Assembly (NCBI GenBank): GCA_041548245.1
Contig: JBFESZ010000066.1
Coordinates: forward strand, 1-12,066
Length of the DNA stretch: 12,066 nucleotides
Source of the DNA: Sulfurimonadaceae bacterium
Lineage (GTDB): Bacteria > Campylobacterota > Campylobacteria > Campylobacterales > Sulfurimonadaceae
Reading direction: 5' to 3'
Part shown: positions 7,367-12,066 of the stretch, piece by piece
Layout: each line of letters begins with the position of its first letter
How positions within the stretch are numbered: position 1 is the stretch's first letter
The notes under the pieces: model-generated
What the model saw: only the letters and a program-made list of their open reading frames with translations
The model's database searches: none
Told to the model about the DNA's origin: nothing
Program-made: the position numbers and the translations under genes

Positions 7367-8478
7367 GCAAAGCATACACAGACCGCAATCTTCTGTATAG
7401 AAACGCAAACAAGGACGATGATGAAGCCCTAAAAAAGCTATTAAGCGAAAACAGTATGGACTCTTGGGTAAACCTTTCTTTAGAGCGGAACCCGTCCTAT
7501 TTCGATGCACACGGCCTTATGGGCGAAAGCCATACCATGATCGCATATGATACCCATGAGGACAAGTGTGTCGGTATGTACTCGTGTACGTATATGAATC
7601 TGCATGTCAATGCAGAAGAACAAAACACAGCCTATCTGGGAGAGTTGCGCGTAGATGAAAAGTACAGAAACAAGATAAGGGTTCTTAGATACGGCTACAA
7701 GTCGCTTGAAAAACTTTTGCCTATGCAAAAAGATGCACCGATCTATATCACAAGCATTGCAAGTGAAAACACCAAAGCGCGCAGAGTGCTTGAAGCAAAC
7801 CTGAATGGAATGCCTACCTACAGACCTTTGGCAGAGATGAGTACACTTATCTTCTCAACACAGTTCTCATGCAAAAATAAAAAGTCAAGAGCAGCATCAC
7901 TAGAAGACATCCCAAGTCTTGTCAGCTTTTATAATCACAAGGCCAAATCCTACCACTTCTCACCCTGTTTAAGCGAAGCGTGGCTAAACGGGCTATCACC
8001 TGAAATTGGTCTGGACATCAACGATTTCTACATACGTGAGAATGCCGACGGAGAGATAGAAGCTTGTTTCGCGCTATGGGATCAAAGAAGGTTTAAGCAG
8101 AGTGTGATCAAAAGCTACAGAGCTCCTTTATCCTGGCTGCGTCCACTCTACAATGTTTTTGCGAGACTCACGCAGAGGGTTGAGCTGCCTAAGGAAAACA
8201 GCATGCTGGAACAGGTCTATATCTCTTTTTTTGCCTGCGGCAAAAGCGGGCTTTTTGTGGGATGTCTCAAGGAAGCAGCCTCGTTGGCTAAAGCAAAAGG
8301 GGCAAGTTCATGTGTTTTAGGACTTTCCTCACAGCACAACAGCCTTGCTCTTTTAAAAAGAGAGCTCAAGGCAAACGTCTATAGGACCTGCATAGAAATG
8401 GTAGGTTTTGACGACGGGCAGCAAGAGGCCGAACTCAATAAAGAATTTTTAATACAGCCGGAGGTGGCACTGTTATGA
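7363..8478 (+). CDS. GNAT-fold protein (probably tandem GNAT domains), putative acyltransferase
   Basis: 371 aa. The N-terminal YRNANKDDDEAL and internal RAASLEDIPSL resemble the R-x-A-x-x-x-D opening of two GNAT domains. AYLGELRVDEKYRNK resembles motif A, and ENTKARRVL resembles the motif B N-x-x-A. Confidence 0.65.
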   Translation: MSKAYTDRNLLYRNANKDDDEALKKLLSENSMDSWVNLSLERNPSYFDAHGLMGESHTMIAYDTHEDKCVGMYSCTYMNLHVNAEEQNTAYLGELRVDEKYRNKIRVLRYGYKSLEKLLPMQKDAPIYITSIASENTKARRVLEANLNGMPTYRPLAEMSTLIFSTQFSCKNKKSRAASLEDIPSLVSFYNHKAKSYHFSPCLSEAWLNGLSPEIGLDINDFYIRENADGEIEACFALWDQRRFKQSVIKSYRAPLSWLRPLYNVFARLTQRVELPKENSMLEQVYISFFACGKSGLFVGCLKEAASLAKAKGASSCVLGLSSQHNSLALLKRELKANVYRTCIEMVGFDDGQQEAELNKEFLIQPEVALL

Positions 8479-9788
8479 GATTAGAAAAGATATCGCTTAT
8501 CCGTCCAAACATAGGGAACTTTCGCTCCAAAGACGCTTTGACCCCTTTGTCTATTGCGATTTTGGCTGCACGGACGCCAAAAGATATACAGTTGAGTTTT
8601 TATGATGAGAGAGTAGAGGAACTCCCTCTTGACGACCTCCCCGACCTTGTTGCCATAACGGTTGAGACATTTACTGCAAGACGTTCCTATGAGATCGCTA
8701 AAAGGTATAGGCAAAAAGGTGTGACTGTTGTGATGGGAGGGTACCACCCTACACTCTTGCCTTCAGAAGTCTTAGAACATTCAGACTCGATTGTCATAGG
8801 AGATGCCGAGGGATGCTGGGAAGAACTCTTAGATGACTTTAAAGAGGATAGACTCCAAAAAACGTATAGCGGTTCCAATGCAAAGGAGCTGGATGATTAT
8901 CGACTGGACAGAACAATTTTCCGTGATAAAAAGTATCTTCCTGTAGAATTAATACAATACAGCCGGGGGTGCAGGTTCTCATGTGAGTTTTGTTCCATAC
9001 ACGCCTTTTATAAAGAGACTTTGAGGGTCAGATCGGTTGAAAGTGTCATAGATGAGATTACAGGTATGGATAGAAAAAAACTTTTTTTCTTTGTGGATGA
9101 CAATCTTTTTAGTTCAAAAAAAGATTTATACGCACTGTTTGATGCACTTACCCCTTTAAAGATACGATGGTCTTGCCAAATCAGCATTGATGTGGCTCAA
9201 GACGAAGACCTTTTAGACCGGCTGGCAGGTTCGGGTTGCATCTTTGCCTTGATCGGGTTTGAGTCCCTAAATGAAGACAACCTCAAACAGATGGGGAAGA
9301 AATGGAACAAGGTTGCAGGTGAGTACATGAAGATTGTACAGAAGTTCCACGATAGAGGCATGGCAGTGTATGGTACCTTTGTATTTGGGTATGACCACGA
9401 TACCACGGAGGTCATTCAAAAGAGTCTTGATTTTGCGATGGAGGCGAAACTTGAGATCGCCAACTTTAATCCGCTGACGCCGACACCCGGGTCAGCCTTA
9501 TACGATCGATTAAAAAAAGAAGGACGTCTTATCTCTGAAACCTGGTGGAAGGATGAATCCTACAAATACGGAGACCCCATCTTTACACCGAAACAGATGA
9601 GCCCGGAACTTTTTTCCCAAAAGTGTTTTGAAGTCAAAAAAGAGTTTTATTCATTAAAATCGATTATCAGCAGAGTCTTCTTTACCACACATAAATTCAA
9701 TCTCTTCAGAATATCCATGGTTGCCTTGGCCAATTTTGTCTCGCGTAAAGAAGTACATCAAAAACAAAATAAAGTCTTAGGGGAGTAG
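8475..9788 (+). CDS. Cobalamin-binding-domain radical SAM enzyme (paralog 3)
   Basis: 437 aa with GGYHPTLLP, RGCRFSCEFC (Cys codons within 8970..8993), FVDDN, GFES, FVFGYDHD and TPTPGSALY. RBS GGAGG at about 8460..8464. Confidence 0.93.
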   Translation: MRLEKISLIRPNIGNFRSKDALTPLSIAILAARTPKDIQLSFYDERVEELPLDDLPDLVAITVETFTARRSYEIAKRYRQKGVTVVMGGYHPTLLPSEVLEHSDSIVIGDAEGCWEELLDDFKEDRLQKTYSGSNAKELDDYRLDRTIFRDKKYLPVELIQYSRGCRFSCEFCSIHAFYKETLRVRSVESVIDEITGMDRKKLFFFVDDNLFSSKKDLYALFDALTPLKIRWSCQISIDVAQDEDLLDRLAGSGCIFALIGFESLNEDNLKQMGKKWNKVAGEYMKIVQKFHDRGMAVYGTFVFGYDHDTTEVIQKSLDFAMEAKLEIANFNPLTPTPGSALYDRLKKEGRLISETWWKDESYKYGDPIFTPKQMSPELFSQKCFEVKKEFYSLKSIISRVFFTTHKFNLFRISMVALANFVSRKEVHQKQNKVLGE

Positions 9789-9790
9789 AC

Positions 9791-11122
9791 ATGAAAATAA
9801 CGTTGATCAAACCGACAATCGGAAGACAAGAACACAGTTTATACGTGGATGAAGGACGAATGGAGCCATTGATGTTAGGCGTGCTTGCGGGACTTACTCC
9901 TGCTGACATCGAGGTTGTCTTGTATGATGACAGAATGGAGTCCATTCCTTATGACGAAGAGACAGACCTTGTCGCAATAACGGTGGAGACCTATACAGCA
10001 AGACGTGCCTATGAAATCTCTAAAGAGTATATGGACCGCGGCGTGCCGGTGATCATGGGCGGGATGCATGTCTCATTACTGCCTGAAGAAGTCCAAGCCC
10101 ACGCAGACTCTATTTTTTTGGGCGATGCAGAAACCGCATGGAAACAGGTGCTTGAGGATGTACAAAACAACCGACTACAAAAAGTATACAAAGGACCTCC
10201 CGGCATAGGACAGCTTGGCGGAGTCATGCCAAGAAGAGAGATTTACAAAGGAAAAGGCTACCTTCCTATGTCTTTGATGCAGTTTTCTCGCGGCTGCAAA
10301 TACGAGTGCAGCTTTTGTGCCGTGAGCGAATACTTTGATAAAAAACATTATGTACGTAAAATAGATGAAGTCCTGCAGGAGATCGAGAGCCAAGAGCGGC
10401 GTTTTTTATTTTTTGTTGATGACAATATCGGTTCACACAAAAGAGCATTAAAAGATCTGTGCAGGGAACTTATACCTATGAATGTCAGATGGATATCTCA
10501 GGCAAGTCTGGATATCACCAAAGACAGTGAACTGATGAGACTGATGGCTGACAGCGGAAACATAGGCAATGTCATGGGTTTTGAATCCATCACGCATGAA
10601 AGTCTCGAAAACGCTAAAAAAGTTTCTAATCTGATTGGCTTTACAAATTATGAAGATGAGATACGGATATTGAGAGAGCATGGGATGCAGACATGGGCAG
10701 CCTTTACCTTGGGATATGATTATGATACCTATGACTCTATTCTTGCGACTATGGAGTTTGCCTTAAAAAACAAATTCACACTCGCTGCATATAATATTTT
10801 AATGCCCTACCCAAACACCCCCCTGTATCGACAGCTTGAGCAAGAAAACAGACTTTTGTATGACGGAAAATGGTGGCTGCATCCGGAGTACAGGTTTAAC
10901 AGTGCGGCCTTCATCCCAAAGACGATGACACCCGATGAGCTCACGGCAGCCTGTCATGAGGCGCGCGTAAAGTTCAACACGCTTCCTTCGCTTCTTTATC
11001 GGTTCTCGGATGTAAAGACAAACATGAAGTCCTTGTGGAGGATAGCCTCTTACTGGAAGTACACGACGCTTTTTCGCAAAGAGGTATATAAAAAACATAA
11101 GATGAGATTTGGACTAAAATGA
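9791..11122 (+). CDS. Cobalamin-binding-domain radical SAM enzyme (paralog 4)
   Basis: 443 aa with GGMHVSLLP, RGCKYECSFC (Cys codons within 10295..10318), FVDDN, GFES, FTLGYDYD and MPYPNTPLY. RBS GGGGAG at about 9780..9785. Confidence 0.93.
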   Translation: MKITLIKPTIGRQEHSLYVDEGRMEPLMLGVLAGLTPADIEVVLYDDRMESIPYDEETDLVAITVETYTARRAYEISKEYMDRGVPVIMGGMHVSLLPEEVQAHADSIFLGDAETAWKQVLEDVQNNRLQKVYKGPPGIGQLGGVMPRREIYKGKGYLPMSLMQFSRGCKYECSFCAVSEYFDKKHYVRKIDEVLQEIESQERRFLFFVDDNIGSHKRALKDLCRELIPMNVRWISQASLDITKDSELMRLMADSGNIGNVMGFESITHESLENAKKVSNLIGFTNYEDEIRILREHGMQTWAAFTLGYDYDTYDSILATMEFALKNKFTLAAYNILMPYPNTPLYRQLEQENRLLYDGKWWLHPEYRFNSAAFIPKTMTPDELTAACHEARVKFNTLPSLLYRFSDVKTNMKSLWRIASYWKYTTLFRKEVYKKHKMRFGLK

Positions 11123-11790
11123 ACAGGCAGTTTTTTAACTGGTATCAGTATCTAGGACCCATCATATTGACGCCTCTGTCCTTTTTTTTATGGTGGGAAA
11201 GTTCCAATGGTTCTGTTCAACTTGTCATGATGGCATGGTTGATCCCTATCATCTATGCTTACATAGTCCCTGCCATCGGGACCAACGTATTAAAGGTATG
11301 GGAATTTGATTCAAAATATAAGATTGGAAAATTTAGATTGCAGCACGGATTTGTCTTTGGAAGTGCGACATCAACGATTGCCTGGTTGAGTCATGTCAGT
11401 ACTGCCACAAACTTGTTTGAAGTTTTTCAAACAGCATTTATCTTCACATCTGTATTAGGGTTTTGGAATATTGTTTATGACATAAAAGCTATAAAGTCTA
11501 AGGTATTGGTTGTGTATAATCAGCCTTGGGCAGATGGAAAGACGGAAGAAGCCATTGTCATGGATTATGCGCCTTGGTTTTTTGCTGGTTTTGGCATGCC
11601 CTATGGTCTTGGCCTTGGAACGGCAGAACTATTATCGGCTGAGCATATGCTGAACGGTTCCTTGTTCTCTTTACTGCTGGTCAGTACGCTTGCATTGACA
11701 ATGATTATCCCTGTACTGGGATATAGACACTATTCCTTTAAAACACACGGGCATTCTGGATGCCACCCCATAGACAGGCATAGCCCCTAA
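11119..11790 (+). CDS. Polytopic integral membrane protein of unknown function
   Basis: 223 aa with about 6 hydrophobic segments and a His-rich C-terminus (HYSFKTHGHSGCHP). ATGA overlap with the paralog 4 stop. Confidence 0.75.
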   Translation: MNRQFFNWYQYLGPIILTPLSFFLWWESSNGSVQLVMMAWLIPIIYAYIVPAIGTNVLKVWEFDSKYKIGKFRLQHGFVFGSATSTIAWLSHVSTATNLFEVFQTAFIFTSVLGFWNIVYDIKAIKSKVLVVYNQPWADGKTEEAIVMDYAPWFFAGFGMPYGLGLGTAELLSAEHMLNGSLFSLLLVSTLALTMIIPVLGYRHYSFKTHGHSGCHPIDRHSP

Positions 11791-11843
11791 AAGACGATTG
11801 TCTCTAAACGACATTTTCACATGAATAACATTCAGCATCAGGT

Positions 11844-11853
11844 TGGTTATAAT
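11844..11853 (+). promoter_or_regulatory. Consensus -10 box (TATAAT at 11848..11853) for the HAD gene, probably producing a leaderless mRNA
   Basis: The sequence is TGGTTATAAT, then 6 nt (TCGCTT), then ATG at 11860. There is no Shine-Dalgarno sequence. Confidence 0.65.
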
Positions 11854-11859
11854 TCGCTT

Positions 11860-12066
11860 ATGAAAAAATATATATTATTTGATAATGACGGCGTGCTTGT
11901 CGAGACAGAAAAATGGTACTTTACGGCCAACTTCGAGATCCTTAAGTCTATGGGGATCACACTTGAAGAAGAACGTTATAAAGAGATCATGATCAAGGGC
12001 CAGAGTGCATTTTTACTGGCCGAAGAGCAAGGCTTTGACAGCCTCAGCGTTGAAAAAGCAAGGGAC
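11860..12066 (+). CDS. HAD-superfamily hydrolase/phosphatase (subfamily IA-like), 5' part, truncated by the window edge
   Basis: Not in the ORF track. It translates as MKKYILFDNDGVLVETEKWYFTANFEILKSMGITLEEERYKEIMIKGQSAFLLAEEQGFDSLSVEKARD, with HAD motif I (hhFDxDGVLV) at the N-terminus and the frame open to 12066. Confidence 0.85.
   Translation, partial: MKKYILFDNDGVLVETEKWYFTANFEILKSMGITLEEERYKEIMIKGQSAFLLAEEQGFDSLSVEKARD

Noticed and set aside
177-11098. The many 60-137 aa antisense and alternate-frame ORFs in the track (e.g. 177..425, 4705..5118, 4961..5284, 10799..11098)
   Set aside because: They lie within or largely overlap well-supported genes, have no recognisable motifs, and are expected shadow ORFs.
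4639-11122. Assigning specific names (hpnP, hpnJ, bchE, grsA/B) or calling this a hopanoid or ladderane cluster
   Set aside because: Only family-level motifs are visible. There is no squalene-hopene cyclase, chlorophyll or FAS/ACP context in the window to support a specific assignment.
11792-11803. Hairpin AGAC-GATT-GTCT after the last operon gene as a terminator
   Set aside because: The stem is only 4 bp and has no U-tract, which is too weak for an intrinsic terminator.
1-12066. Mobile element, genomic island boundary or CRISPR array
   Set aside because: No transposase, integrase, tRNA, flanking direct repeats or regularly spaced repeats were seen. The repeated sequence is limited to degenerate similarity among the radical SAM paralogs.

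Overview
The window is almost entirely one tightly packed, apparently translationally coupled 11-gene + strand operon (250..11790). In order it encodes a membrane His-box fatty-acid-desaturase-family enzyme, a PAP2-family membrane protein, an exported and membrane-anchored NTF2/SnoaL-like protein, a GNAT-like hypothetical protein, a GH3-family acyl-adenylate/amide ligase, two cobalamin-binding radical SAM enzymes, a second GNAT-like protein, two more cobalamin-binding radical SAM enzymes, and a polytopic membrane protein. On the left is an AT-rich divergent promoter region with the first codons of a probable - strand gene. On the right is the 5' part of a HAD-family hydrolase gene that seems to have its own leaderless promoter. 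The enzyme set suggests a biosynthetic or tailoring pathway for an unusual, probably amide-linked and multiply methylated or ring-modified, lipid-like molecule. I cannot match it to a characterised pathway, and the product is inference only. Extended -10 promoters without a clear -35, AAGGA-type RBSs and moderately AT-rich composition fit a Campylobacterota (Sulfurovum/Sulfurimonas-like) host, which is also a tentative inference. No RNA genes, CRISPR arrays or mobile elements were seen.
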